DNA from: Albugo candida
Lineage: Eukaryota
Length of the DNA stretch: 64,000 bases
NCBI GenBank assembly: GCA_040437565.1
Contig: JBDOQK010000054.1
Span: 124,001-188,000, forward strand
Reading direction: 5' to 3'
Under the pieces are notes generated by a model that saw only the letters and a list, made by a program, of their open reading frames with translations, was not told the DNA's origin and made no database searches. The number at the start of each line of letters is the position of its first letter. Positions within the stretch are counted from its first letter, which is position 1. Below are positions 22,332-33,445 of this stretch, piece by piece. The position numbers and the translations under genes were made by a program.

Positions 22332-24512
22332 TTAATCGTACCAAACGGAAGAACCATCATTAGCATCCGCATTCCACATAAACAGATTAGAGCCCCACTT
22401 GGTCCCTTCCTCTGGTGGACAGCCGCCATGAAGACTCATATTATCGAGATCTCCCTCTGGAGTTTGAGAGTAGAAAAGAGCAGCATGAAGCGGACGTGGT
22501 GGGACAGCGAGTCCTCTTGAACAATCCGACATCCCGGTACGCTTGATAACTTCACCTGAATAACGCTCGGTGGAGTATGGAAACACTGTCTCACCGCCAA
22601 CCTTTGTCTCGTTGTTCAGATAGAGGAATAACGTGACGAATCTTTGCGGGTTGAAATGTTTCACGTAGGTAGGAAGTGTATACACGAGTTTCTTGTACCG
22701 CGCTCGAGCTTCCCATGACCGAATGATAAGCTCGATAAAATCACGAGATAGTTTCAAAACTGCAGTTGTCGCATGCCTTTCAGCTTTGTGTTTGACAATC
22801 CAATCGTACATGGCTTTATGCGTTGTTCGAACGATCAGATTTTCACGATAATCTTCCAGAACATAGGCTAACAATTGGCTCTCAAAGTATGTCGAGTAGG
22901 AAGGATACAGATCGCCACCAGGACGAATATGTGAAGGAACATCATCTCCATAATATGAAATACGCTCTTTGGCCCATCTGATCCAATTGTAAAAGTATGA
23001 TACTCCATTTACATTGCCCTTATTCAACGTGTACCGTGTTTCAGGCATGTTAATAGCCTCTTCCCATACATGAATAATGTCGGGAAGGTAGCTTGGACGT
23101 CCGCTTTTACCCATAACCGATACCATCATATCGTCATCGTTCTGATTGAGGCGTTTGTCCAACCACAAAGCCCATTCCTGATCACCGCGTGCAACGAAAT
23201 AATTGGAAGCATTTCCACTCTTGTAAAAAATTCCAAGTAATGCGTTTGAAAATCCACTCGTGCTGTTTGCATTCGGAAAGTATCGTCCTCCTTCACGAAA
23301 TTCTTCAGGAACACGTGTACCCAATTCGCGTACTTTATCGGCTGCCCAAGTGATCCATACGGTATAGTCTTCGTGCGTAAACACTTCCCAATTGTCTGGT
23401 ACAAATTCACGCGATTGGAACGTGTCGTGGTGTGGCTGATAGAATTCTCCTTTTTTGTATCGAACAAGCTGTAGTCTTTCCGAGAATGATGGTGATGGTA
23501 GTCGTGCGAGCCGAGCACCTCGACATTGAAAGTTTCGTGTAAGCTTGGAATCACTCAAAAAAGCGGTGTGACTTGTCCGAACTTTGGACACAGAATGGCC
23601 ATCAGGACCGCCAACGACTCTAGATCTCTCCAATGTTTTCATTCCCACTTCGACAATTTCAGCACTCTCCTTTGCAGTGAAAAAGTTTTCCACGTCGTAC
23701 ACTTTAGGCGACATGCTGATTGTTGTCAAGACAGTCCCAGTCTCCAATCTGTATTTGTGACCTATGCGAATACCCGGCCAAATCCAAATCTGAAAATCCA
23801 ATAAAATATGGAGAAGTCGATTGGTCTTGCTGAAGTCATACGCATTCACCACAGGCATACCAGATTGATCGAACAAGCGAATACCATTCGGAAGCAGCTT
23901 GACATCTGCTCCAAGCGCTTTTGCCGCAAAATTGGCTGCTTTCTGAATGCACTCGAAATCTTCGTTATAGGAGACATAAATCCCTTCATTGCGACCATTT
24001 AACATGAAAAACAATTCGTTTTCTTGCGCCGGTGTTTCTTCCATTGCTTTAACGACGGGATGGATCGCATAATCATGCAAAATTGTCGGAGTATAAGCCA
24101 TATCGTGGCACGCATTGTCCGAAAGAATCAAATTGGGAAGAATTGACAGCACATTCGACTCATATAATGGAATCAGAGGAGTATTGTAGTCCTCAAGCTT
24201 GTAGACAGAATCAATCCAATTCTTTGTTACGTTCTTTGTGGAATGCAGTTTTTGCTCGACACGTATGGAGCGTTTTTGCGGAATGCGTGGAGAAAATGAC
24301 AGATGCGTGAATACGAATGCTACAATGAAAACAAGGACAAGCTTTAGGATGGAGTGGAAGAGATACTTCCGTCCATCTACTGTCGACGTTAGAGTCTTGA
24401 GCTTGAGTAGAGTTTGATTTCGTAAGTTCTTTCGAGCTTTCATCGCGCGTGTAAATTTGGAAATGGCGATTGAAACGCAAAAGCGTATGGTTTCCATGTT
24501 CGGAACAGCCAA
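22332..24512 (-). CDS. Type II membrane prolyl-4-hydroxylase-like 2OG-Fe(II) oxygenase with a large insert (paralog 1)
   Basis: N-terminal TM, then SMSPKVYDVENFFT, VRTSHTAFL, ERLQLVRYKKGEFYQPHHD (HxD), RFVTLFLYLN..GGETVFP, ALFYS, SLHGGCP...KW. Confidence 0.9.
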   Translation of the reverse strand: MAVPNMETIRFCVSIAISKFTRAMKARKNLRNQTLLKLKTLTSTVDGRKYLFHSILKLVLVFIVAFVFTHLSFSPRIPQKRSIRVEQKLHSTKNVTKNWIDSVYKLEDYNTPLIPLYESNVLSILPNLILSDNACHDMAYTPTILHDYAIHPVVKAMEETPAQENELFFMLNGRNEGIYVSYNEDFECIQKAANFAAKALGADVKLLPNGIRLFDQSGMPVVNAYDFSKTNRLLHILLDFQIWIWPGIRIGHKYRLETGTVLTTISMSPKVYDVENFFTAKESAEIVEVGMKTLERSRVVGGPDGHSVSKVRTSHTAFLSDSKLTRNFQCRGARLARLPSPSFSERLQLVRYKKGEFYQPHHDTFQSREFVPDNWEVFTHEDYTVWITWAADKVRELGTRVPEEFREGGRYFPNANSTSGFSNALLGIFYKSGNASNYFVARGDQEWALWLDKRLNQNDDDMMVSVMGKSGRPSYLPDIIHVWEEAINMPETRYTLNKGNVNGVSYFYNWIRWAKERISYYGDDVPSHIRPGGDLYPSYSTYFESQLLAYVLEDYRENLIVRTTHKAMYDWIVKHKAERHATTAVLKLSRDFIELIIRSWEARARYKKLVYTLPTYVKHFNPQRFVTLFLYLNNETKVGGETVFPYSTERYSGEVIKRTGMSDCSRGLAVPPRPLHAALFYSQTPEGDLDNMSLHGGCPPEEGTKWGSNLFMWNADANDGSSVWYD

Positions 24513-26163
24513 TCATGAACATGCTTTCGCCTGTCTATTCAGACGGGTATAGCCTTTCACTATTAGTTTTTCGAGCAAGAATAAGGTCGAGAAAACACAT
24601 GTGGAAAGTTCTAATCCGTAAAAGCTATCCATGAAAAGACTCGTTTTTTGTAATGTATTTAAGGAACTTAATGCGACTGCGTTTTGCAGGTAAATTACTT
24701 GGCGATTACTTGAAGAACAATGCAAAACGTTGATACTGAGATCAGCGTCGTACGCACCGTCGTATGACTCGGTCCTTGACAGATTATACACTTTGAAGCG
24801 AGCTACGGTGCGCTGGTTCGTTGATGTTTAGCTCACACCACCTGGTTGGAAGGACGGGCCCACCATTACACATGACGGTGAAGTCAGTAGAGTAGGTACG
24901 TACCTTTGGACATTGCAGAAGCCTGAGATGACATCACTTTCCAAGTAGTTTTCTGCACATCAGCTGCTTGTGTTGGATCTAATACTGGCTCGTCATGTCA
25001 GTATGACACATGGCGGTGTTTAATAATAATGACTAAGGAAGCAGTGGCTTGATATATAATTGTGACCAGCTGCCAGCACAAAGTAGACTTGATTAACTTT
25101 CGAGTATTAAAAGGCGGATACACAATTGTAGCTAAACTTTGCTCGCAAGCAGGTGTCAACCGCAGTCTCAGAGTATGAAAACTAAAATGCCACGGAATGA
25201 CGACAAGATGACAGAACTTTTAGGTATTTGATCATCTTTCAGACGCAAGTAGAACAACACGGATGCGTCTGTTGCTATTGCATCCCTAGAGCAATTTCTC
25301 GATGCTGAAGTGAATCTTTGATGCACAGCATAGTTGTCAGTTGAGCCCATTCATGTTATAAGAATGCCTTCGTCAAGTGCGTCATCACCGCACATGCCAA
25401 CTCGTCCAGTCAGTCTCGGAAAACAAAAACATGTATATTCCGTGCAATCGTTGACCATGATATTGGGAGCATATGACATGCATGTGATATGATAAAGTCC
25501 ACGTAAATATGCTAGGGTGTTCACATATGGCCCTAACGTAACTTCGCTTGTAGCTATTATCGCATAGAGATCAACCATTATAAATGATTTAGGATGTAAG
25601 GGCAGATCACTATCAACTGTATATGATTCAGGTATCTACCATACAATTGAGATTTCAGCATGCGTACTCGTTCATTTCAGGAGATCAATTCGAATATCGT
25701 GATCAGACTGGTACAATATCAATGTCACAGTGTCGACTCAGATTCGATCCCTTCTTCATACTGGACAGAATATCCAGGGCCATTGACCTTATCTGACGTT
25801 CCGCAAATGTAACCAAGCACGTAAGCCGTAATAATGAGCAGTTCAAGGATCGATAATTGTAGATTCTATTCCGATACATGGCACTGTTAGAATTTTCAAA
25901 ATGCGGTGGATGCCGCAGAATTGCCAATAGACAGCGTAACAAGTTCGCTATTGAGATCTTTTCACGTGAACTCATTGCGTTCATGAAAATCAACTCATGT
26001 AGTGACAACAACATAAGACATGATTCATTATTAAGGCCTGACATTTTTTAATTTTGGAAACAAACAACAAGAATTGGTAATCACACAACATGGTGTGAAT
26101 CTCAACCTTCACTGACTTCTCCCAATTGGCGCAGGCGATTGCCTCAGTGATGAATGTGTTGAA

Positions 26164-26373
26164 TCAGTTCTGGGGTAGAGTGAAGGGTTTGCGCCCAGGA
26201 TAGGCCTCAAGTAGGTTTACGGGTTTTTTCGGTGTTGACGGCGAATTGAGTGCTCTTGCACCGCCATCTGGATGATCAACATCTCCTTCATGACCATTTT
26301 CAGTGTTGGCTTTAGCGTTCTCGATGCACGCAACGGCAGCGACTATCAGCGAAACGATCCACTGGATATGCAT
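26164..26373 (-). CDS. Small secreted protein (69 aa), effector-like; may be the truncated 5' part of a longer decayed gene
   Basis: Signal peptide MHIQWIVSLIVAAVACIENAKA, an acidic stretch then RALN, and an INR/FPR-like motif ~45-60 nt upstream. Confidence 0.55.
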   Translation of the reverse strand: MHIQWIVSLIVAAVACIENAKANTENGHEGDVDHPDGGARALNSPSTPKKPVNLLEAYPGRKPFTLPQN

Positions 26374-26416
26374 ATTTGATGATTGACTGTTGATATAACT
26401 GCTTTGTTGTTTGGAC

Positions 26417-26433
26417 GGAAATACAGAAATGAC
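26417..26433 (-). promoter_or_regulatory. Oomycete INR+FPR-like core promoter motif
   Basis: Minus strand GTCATTTCTGTATTTCC resembles the oomycete TCATTYYnnWTTY initiator supramotif and lies just upstream of the ATG at 26373. Confidence 0.5.
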
Positions 26434-28055
26434 TCGGGAACGGGCAACTCTCTGTGCGTTCATAAAAAGGTCATCTGTGGAGAGACTGAGAAAATACACG
26501 ACGAGAAAGCTTTAACTATTTAGATACATTGAAAGCGTATACGCTGCTTCTTGGGGTAAATGCCTGGCATCGTCTTAAAATTTGCGCTTTTCTATGGAGA
26601 TGTGCTTTTCGGCTTTCTCCGTACTTTGCGAGTCATTTACTTAGCAAGCTCACAAATTTGGAACGAGCCTTTCAGCCAATCACTTTTATCGAATCGTATA
26701 GCTACAAATCCGCGAGGTTCGCTGAATGTCTGCTGTACGAAGCAAAAGCTCGCATGTACAGAGCACACGCAAGTAGCATCACTACTTGATATATGTAGAC
26801 AGTGAGCATAAATCAACATGAAGTTATGCTGTTGATGTCAAATACGTCGGTAAGAGTTTATGTAAAGTGGGATCCACAACGACGTGTCTTGAAGCTACTC
26901 ACTTGATCTGAGTGCTACGAAGGGCGCATGTAATGAATATATAATGCTATGTACGGTCGATATATAATGCAAATGGGAATCCAACTCTATGGAATCACAT
27001 GATGAGTTTTGGAAAAACGCTACGATCAAGACGATGCATTAGCCAAACAATGTGCCGGATGAACTAGCATAGCAAGTCTCCTTCGATGCTTTCGACGCCG
27101 ATTCCTTTCTCAGAACAAATGAATATGGCTACATCCCTCCAACAGTATAGATTCTGCGAGACTTGTCCATCTTTGAACCCAGTGACAGATTGCAACCTGC
27201 TTGAAAAGATTTTACGGAGGTCATTGAATCAGCTGTTTCACATGCTGGACGCGTCAGGAGCGGATGTAGAATATGATCTCCAAGCGCGATTGATAGTGCT
27301 GCATCAATAATATCTGCAGTCTGCTCATTCGTTGGCGTGGATGCGTTAGATCTGATTCCACTGTCAGTAATTGGCGGATGTACTGGAAACGGAGATCCCT
27401 GATGTACTTTGATGAAAGATCACAAGACTGGAATTAGATCGCTTGACCGGTGGAATAGACTTGATCTCTCGAAAGGATTCGCTACGAGTTTGATGATCAC
27501 TACCCTTCTTCCCCGCGCATTTTGTATGTTTGATCGCTAGCGGATAAACCTCTTGACTTTTTGGTTGGTGGACTATGTCGCTGCTCAGAATCCACTTGTA
27601 GCTCAGTCAGACGACCATTTTGCTCACTACTCACTTTGGAATCACGACAACTGCTATCATTTCGATGGCTCGACTCTGCTGTCATTTCATCCTTTATCTC
27701 ATCGATCTGTTCCGACATCGAATCTTTTATTGATTGCATGGAGCGAAACCACCATGAAAACAGTGGCGGCTTATCTGGTTCATTTGAGTGCTGCATAAGC
27801 GTCCATTCACGTCTTCTTGTGCAAAGCAGAGGAGGAAATAAATCATCTTCTACGTCTTTAGTGTATCCATTTGAANNNNNNNNNNNNNNNNNNNNNNNNN
27901 NNNNNNNNNNNNNNNNNNNNNNNNNNNNNNNNNNNNNNNNNNNNNNNNNNNNNNNNNNNNNNNNNNNNNNNNNNNTCACAAGACTGGAATTAGATCGCTT
28001 GACCGGTGGAATAGACTTGATCTCTCGAAAGGATTCGCTACGAGTTTGATGATCA

Positions 28056-29402
28056 CTACCCTTCTTCCCCGCGCATTTTGTATGTTTGATCGCTAGCGGA
28101 TAAACCTCTTGACTTTTTGGTTGGTGGACTATGTCGCTGCTCAGAATCCACTTGTAGCTCAGTCAGACGACCATTTTGCTCACTACTCACTTTGGAATCA
28201 CGACAACTGCTATCATTTCGATGGCTCGACTCTGCTGTCATTTCATCCTTTATCTCATCGATCTGTTCCGACATCGAATCTTTTATTGATTGCATGGAGC
28301 GAAACCACCATGAAAACAGTGGCGGCTTATCTGGTTCATTTGAGTGCTGCATAAGCGTCCATTCACGTCTTCTTGTGCAAAGCAGAGGAGGAAATAAATC
28401 ATCTTCTACGTCTTTAGTGTATCCATTTGAAGTCATATCTTCATCAGCTGTATTCGGATTTGAATTGACAGATTTGATCTCTTGTCGCCGGTACTTTTCA
28501 AGCTTCTTCACGATCACAGTGCGCTTCTTCAGCAACGCCATGATATCGGACTCTATCTGTCTGAGCTCTCCATTCAAAAGCGAGACGTTCATGTCAAGCT
28601 CAGCTGGGACTGTTGTGAGTGATTTTGAAATAGCAAGCGCCATTGCTACCTCCTCTTCTTCCGTTTGACCCTTGACATCCGCACCGAACTTTCTCTCTTG
28701 GACAACCTTCAATTGCTTTCGCTTCATTCCAGTAACCTTTGTCATCGCTGTACTTTTCCGACGATCCAAGCAATTATTCACATGCAAATTCTGATTATAA
28801 AAATCCATCGCGGAGAGGTTTATTCCACAAACAACGCAACGTGGCTCAGCAAAGTCCGCTTTAGTGATCACGTTGAACGCGTTGATATTTTCCTGTTCTT
28901 TTGAATCATTCTTCTCATCTATTGGATCACTTCCTTCAGACTTTTCGATAGGCAAGGGCAAATTGTTCACACAATCAGACGTCTCAGTTATTGCTCCATT
29001 TGCATTCGAGCAGCAATCATTCGCAATGATAAAGCGTAACAAACTTTTTCCTACTAAAATCAAATCTTGCGATTGGAGCCTGTGCACTGATCCCGAATCA
29101 ATTCGATGCCCATTCAGTCGTGTGCCGTTGGTGCTCTTACTATCTAAAAGAACCCATCTGTCCCCACAATCGCTAACTGAATTACTATTTGATATCGACT
29201 CATAACGGAATTCTGCATGTACTGTTGAAACCTCCAAATCATCCTTTAGGCACAACCACGATTTCGTTTTATGCCGTCCGATTATAAGTGATGGATTTGT
29301 ACTTGGTGTTCCATTTTGCTTCAATGATAGGCAATATCGTACATCTACGCCAGCATGTGGACCGCGTAAGATTGTCACTTGTGCGCAATCTGATGACTTC
29401 AT
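28056..29402 (-). CDS. FHA + UBZ4 zinc finger + UIM/MLR-like protein (DNA-damage scaffold candidate); 3' end may extend by splicing
   Basis: FHA: LIIGR...DDLEVSTVHAE...LLDSKSTNGTRLNG...DLILVG. UBZ: CVVCGINLSAMDFYNQNLHVNNCLD. EEEVAMALAISKS follows. Confidence 0.8.
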   Translation of the reverse strand: MKSSDCAQVTILRGPHAGVDVRYCLSLKQNGTPSTNPSLIIGRHKTKSWLCLKDDLEVSTVHAEFRYESISNSNSVSDCGDRWVLLDSKSTNGTRLNGHRIDSGSVHRLQSQDLILVGKSLLRFIIANDCCSNANGAITETSDCVNNLPLPIEKSEGSDPIDEKNDSKEQENINAFNVITKADFAEPRCVVCGINLSAMDFYNQNLHVNNCLDRRKSTAMTKVTGMKRKQLKVVQERKFGADVKGQTEEEEVAMALAISKSLTTVPAELDMNVSLLNGELRQIESDIMALLKKRTVIVKKLEKYRRQEIKSVNSNPNTADEDMTSNGYTKDVEDDLFPPLLCTRRREWTLMQHSNEPDKPPLFSWWFRSMQSIKDSMSEQIDEIKDEMTAESSHRNDSSCRDSKVSSEQNGRLTELQVDSEQRHSPPTKKSRGLSASDQTYKMRGEEG

Positions 29403-29886
29403 TTGTCGCCTTAGTTACAAAGTTCGGCGCTCGCACTTTGCATGGAAAACACATCACCGCATTGTGACTCAGCTTCCGCTATCACTGGTGAGTTTCATCG
29501 TGCGTAATTTTAGATAAGGGAATGTCGTCTGAATGCTGGCTAAGATCAGCATCATCTATATATAAATTGGTTACGCTTTNNNNNNNNNNNNNNNNNNNNN
29601 NNNNNNNNNNNNNNNNNNNNNNNNNNNNNNNNNNNNNNNNNNNNNNNNNNNNNNNNNNNNNNNNNNNNNNNNNNNNNNNTTACAAAGTTCGGCGCTCGCA
29701 CTTTGCATGGAAAACACATCACCGCATTGTGACTCAGCTTCCGCTATCACTGGTGAGTTTCATCGTGCGTAATTTTAGATAAGGGAATGTCGTCTGAATG
29801 CTGGCTAAGATCAGCATCATCTATATATAAATTGGTTACGCTTTCACCCACGGTAGACATGTTAAATCCCATTCCATACACATAGA

Positions 29887-30705
29887 ATGGGAGCCGGAAG
29901 CTCACTAGCGCGTGCTAAATCCGTCAGGATTCTAGTCTTCCCACGATGTAGGACCACTTCTCATCGAATTGGCGATCAGAATGCTGTCGAAGTGATTGAT
30001 AGGACGTCCGAAGTGACGAAAACGCGAATGTCAAAGACTAAAATCAATGCTCGAATTATTGATACATTACGAAATCTCAAACTGAAAAGAGACAATTCGC
30101 ACGCTTTGAATCTCGAGCGAATAATCCTCAAGTTTGGTGTCGCTCGTGCTGCGTTCGATAGTCTGCGTGAAATTTACGATGAATTTGCAGAAGATGATGG
30201 GTTGACGTATGTCGGACTCAAGTTGGCGCTCAAAGCTCTTGGCACGACAATACTGGACCAAGATTTGCAGGAGATTTTCTTCGAGTCTGATGTCGTTCGA
30301 GATAATTCACTCAGTATGAATGAGTTTGTTGTATCGCTCGCAATTGGCCATCTTTTGGGATTACTGCAAACTTCCGAATCTAGAAAAGCTTCAAGTAGCA
30401 GCAAGCGCGATTCAGAGTGCAGTCCATCTTTAGGAGACAACGAACTTGATGTTGTCGTCAAGATGTTTGATCTTTTGATCTCTGCGTACCTTTTATTCGA
30501 TGCCGATGGTAGTGGAATGATCGATTCGAACGAAGTGTTGAAAGTCATCAATCCCAAGACAACCTCAGGTCGGGCAGGGAATCACACTGAAAGAAGTGGA
30601 ATCGGAGAAGCTCGAATCAAGGAACTAGACGTCAATGAGGACGGAACGATTACATTCCAGGAATTTGTTTTGACATTTCAAGGCTGGGTAGGTGTGGGTG
30701 ATTGA
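29887..30705 (+). CDS. EF-hand calcium-binding protein with a probable N-myristoylation site
   Basis: Start MGAGSS. EF loops DVVRDNSLSMNEF, DADGSGMIDSNEV and DVNEDGTITFQEF. Confidence 0.85.
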   Translation: MGAGSSLARAKSVRILVFPRCRTTSHRIGDQNAVEVIDRTSEVTKTRMSKTKINARIIDTLRNLKLKRDNSHALNLERIILKFGVARAAFDSLREIYDEFAEDDGLTYVGLKLALKALGTTILDQDLQEIFFESDVVRDNSLSMNEFVVSLAIGHLLGLLQTSESRKASSSSKRDSECSPSLGDNELDVVVKMFDLLISAYLLFDADGSGMIDSNEVLKVINPKTTSGRAGNHTERSGIGEARIKELDVNEDGTITFQEFVLTFQGWVGVGD

Positions 30706-30838
30706 CTAGACATTTTGTAGCTTTTGACCGCAGGCCAATTAATCAATCAAAGTACCGAGTAGTAAAATATAAGGAGGTTTTATTTGATCGTTTGTCTCAA
30801 AGTAGAGACGTTTTGTGAAAGAGCAGATAAAGCAATCT

Positions 30839-31470
30839 TTATAGTGGCGCTTCCTGATGAGCTTTGTAGCGCGCGTGAGCTTCATGTACCTGTATGGGCA
30901 CACCAAGAGAGCAATTCAAATTGATATTCTCTTAACAATGCGCTGATCATCCGATTTTGCTTTGTAGTTAACAGTTACGAGATACTGTAGTCCTTTTATG
31001 AAAGAAATAGCGTTAGTGGACGTGATGAGCTACGGCTTTTGTGAGAGTAAATCTGATCGGTAGTGAGGTTGTGAGCAAAGGAATGTCTGTGTGTTCCGAT
31101 TCCCGTTGCCGATGGTTTTGGCGAGCCGTCGTAAGGACTGATTCTTTAGAATCTTGATGAGAATAGAAGCATACCGATTCTCATTGTAAGGAAGAATCGA
31201 TATCAACGCGGATCCGCGGTAGTCTCATAGGCGTGGTTTCTAAAGCTTCTGATACCTCGCAAAGGCGACTACAACAATTATTGCGAGAAGGAACTGCGCC
31301 TCCGTAGTCACATTCATTCCAAAATATGAGTGATACTCTTCTCGCGTCGATGATCATATTCAGTGTATTGAAAAGCGCCTTTCAAAATTATGATTCGGCC
31401 ATTTGATACGAATGACATTTTCCTGCAACAATTGATCGAAACATCAGGCATTCCACACCTCGCGTACCAT
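30839..31470 (-). CDS. Possible small multi-exon hypothetical gene
   Basis: Several short minus-strand segments bounded by GT/AG can be joined (…SILPYNENR/PYDGSPKPSATGIGTH…/…VHEAHARYKAHQEAPL*). No recognisable domain. Confidence 0.25.
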
Positions 31471-31571
31471 TTCTCCATCGGTCGCTCTATGACAAAGCTT
31501 TTAGTAATCTGATCCTTTTAGAACACAACGCCGTTTAGGAAGAAAATTAGGTCTATTCAATTCGTTTACTC

Positions 31572-33323
31572 TCAATGCGTGAAAAGCTTATCGAACAACT
31601 CGACGTAGAATGTGATTCCTTCAAGAAATACGGTTTGGTGTAGCTTTTCATTGTGCTCATGCAGCAAGATTGGCGTATTTCTCATTGGTGAGAAACCAAA
31701 TGCAGGAATGCCAAGTTGGCGAATAAATCGGCTATCGGTAGCAGCGGGAAATACTTCAGTTTCCAATTCAACTCCAAATTGCTACCAGTGACACAATTGA
31801 GCTCTTCTCCCAATGAATCATGTATCATGGCAATTGTACCTTGCTGACCGACTGGAACACCTGCCACCATTGATTATCGTCATCCAATTTTGTAGTGTAA
31901 TGTTCGTACAGCGAGTTTTTCTGTGCAAACTCCCACGATAATCCTTCTTCAGCACACCATTCGTCCAGCATTGCCTACAAATAAAAAGCACATGAATCCT
32001 TCAATATCGATCGTGTTGCTACTTACTTTGAATGATAATATGTCTAAATGAGGTGAGATTCTGACGTCAAAACCAGCAATGGCTTCGGTCGGTATGACGT
32101 TGAGCGCATACGTCTCCCCTCCATCAACCGATACGCCACTTTTGAGATGTGTCAAATTGATTGTGGTGACATCACCCAAAGTCCTTTTCTTCATGTCACC
32201 GTGTTTGCATCCATCATCGATATGGAGCATTGCTTCTTGTGCCTTCCGAAACTCTAATGCCTGTCGCAGCCACGTAAGATTGATTCGTTCGCCTGTACAG
32301 CCAGGATGTGACCTTGTTGCAAATTTCGATTATTTTAGAGGTCGCAGTATTAGCGATAAAGCGACTCCCATGACCCGTGGGGCCTTCCGCTTTGACATAA
32401 AGCCACCAAGGAACCCGTTCACCGTAAAAAACCGTGTACGCTTCCTTTGGATTTGCAAGACCTTCATCAAATACACACGCAATCGGTTCCAATTGCTTAA
32501 ACTCCTCGCTTTGCAAAAAGGCATTCATGCCGTCAGCGCCTCCAATTTCTTCATCCGGTACAAACAATAAGTGAATATCGCGTTCTGGAGTGAATCCCTT
32601 ATCTCGTGTCTTCATCCGACGTATCGCCTCCACATACTGAATGCAGACTGATTTCATATCTTGCGCACCCCGACCATAAATGTATCCATCTGGAAGCACT
32701 TTTGGCTGCAAACTACATTCAGTAAATCAAAATAAGCAATAAAGCTATCTCTCACCTGAAAAGGATCGGAATCCCATTTTTCTCTCATTGCAGGAACGAC
32801 ATCGTAATGGGAATTGAGGATGATGCAAGGTAGCGATGAATCAATGCCTTTCCATGTAGCCTTTGGACGTAAAACTCAAGTCAAAAGAGACTTATTGCAA
32901 AGAGTTGAATAGGTACCAAAACAATCGGCTTTTTCTCGATCAAATCGAGTATTCTCACGTGTAACCCAACTTTATAACGCGATAAGCAAATGAGCTGAAA
33001 TGATTCGCATCAAAATACCTTCTTTGGTGTAATTTTGAATCCATAAAGCACACTTCATTACATAGTTAGACTACGCTATCATCTCATAGTACCTCACCTT
33101 TTGGTAACTTCCGTTTGGTCCTTCTCCGCTCACAGTTGGAATCGCAAGCAGCTCCAGGAAGCGTNNNNNNNNNNNNNNNNNNNNNNNNNNNNNNNNNNNN
33201 NNNNNNNNNNNNNNNNNNNNNNNNNNNNNNNNNNNNNNNNNNNNNNNNNNNNNNNNNNNNNNNNGACATGAACGTAAACGCATCACGGTTACGCGAAGGT
33301 TGCTTGTATGAAGGCTCAGCCAT
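31572..33323 (-). CDS. ACY1: Aminoacylase-1 (peptidase M20), multi-exon; spans a gap
   Basis: ILNSHYDVVPA, YIYGRGAQDMKSVCIQYVEA, FVPDEEIGGADGM, DEGLANP, GPTGHGSRF, NVIPTEAIAGFDVR, FPAATDSRFIRQLGIPAFGFSPMRNTPILLHEHNE. Confidence 0.95.
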
Positions 33324-33445
33324 TCGTTGTGCTACTTGTGCTCAATTGATTCCTAGGAACATTTCTCTCTCTATACGCAAAGAACTGTCATCTATTTCCG
33401 AAAGCGATTCACGTCACAGAGTCGATAAGCGCATCACTCTGTGTA

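Noticed and set aside
25703-26160. Faint resemblance to a papain/cathepsin pseudogene
   Set aside because: No CGSCW or HxxxxxGWG motif is recoverable in any frame I read.
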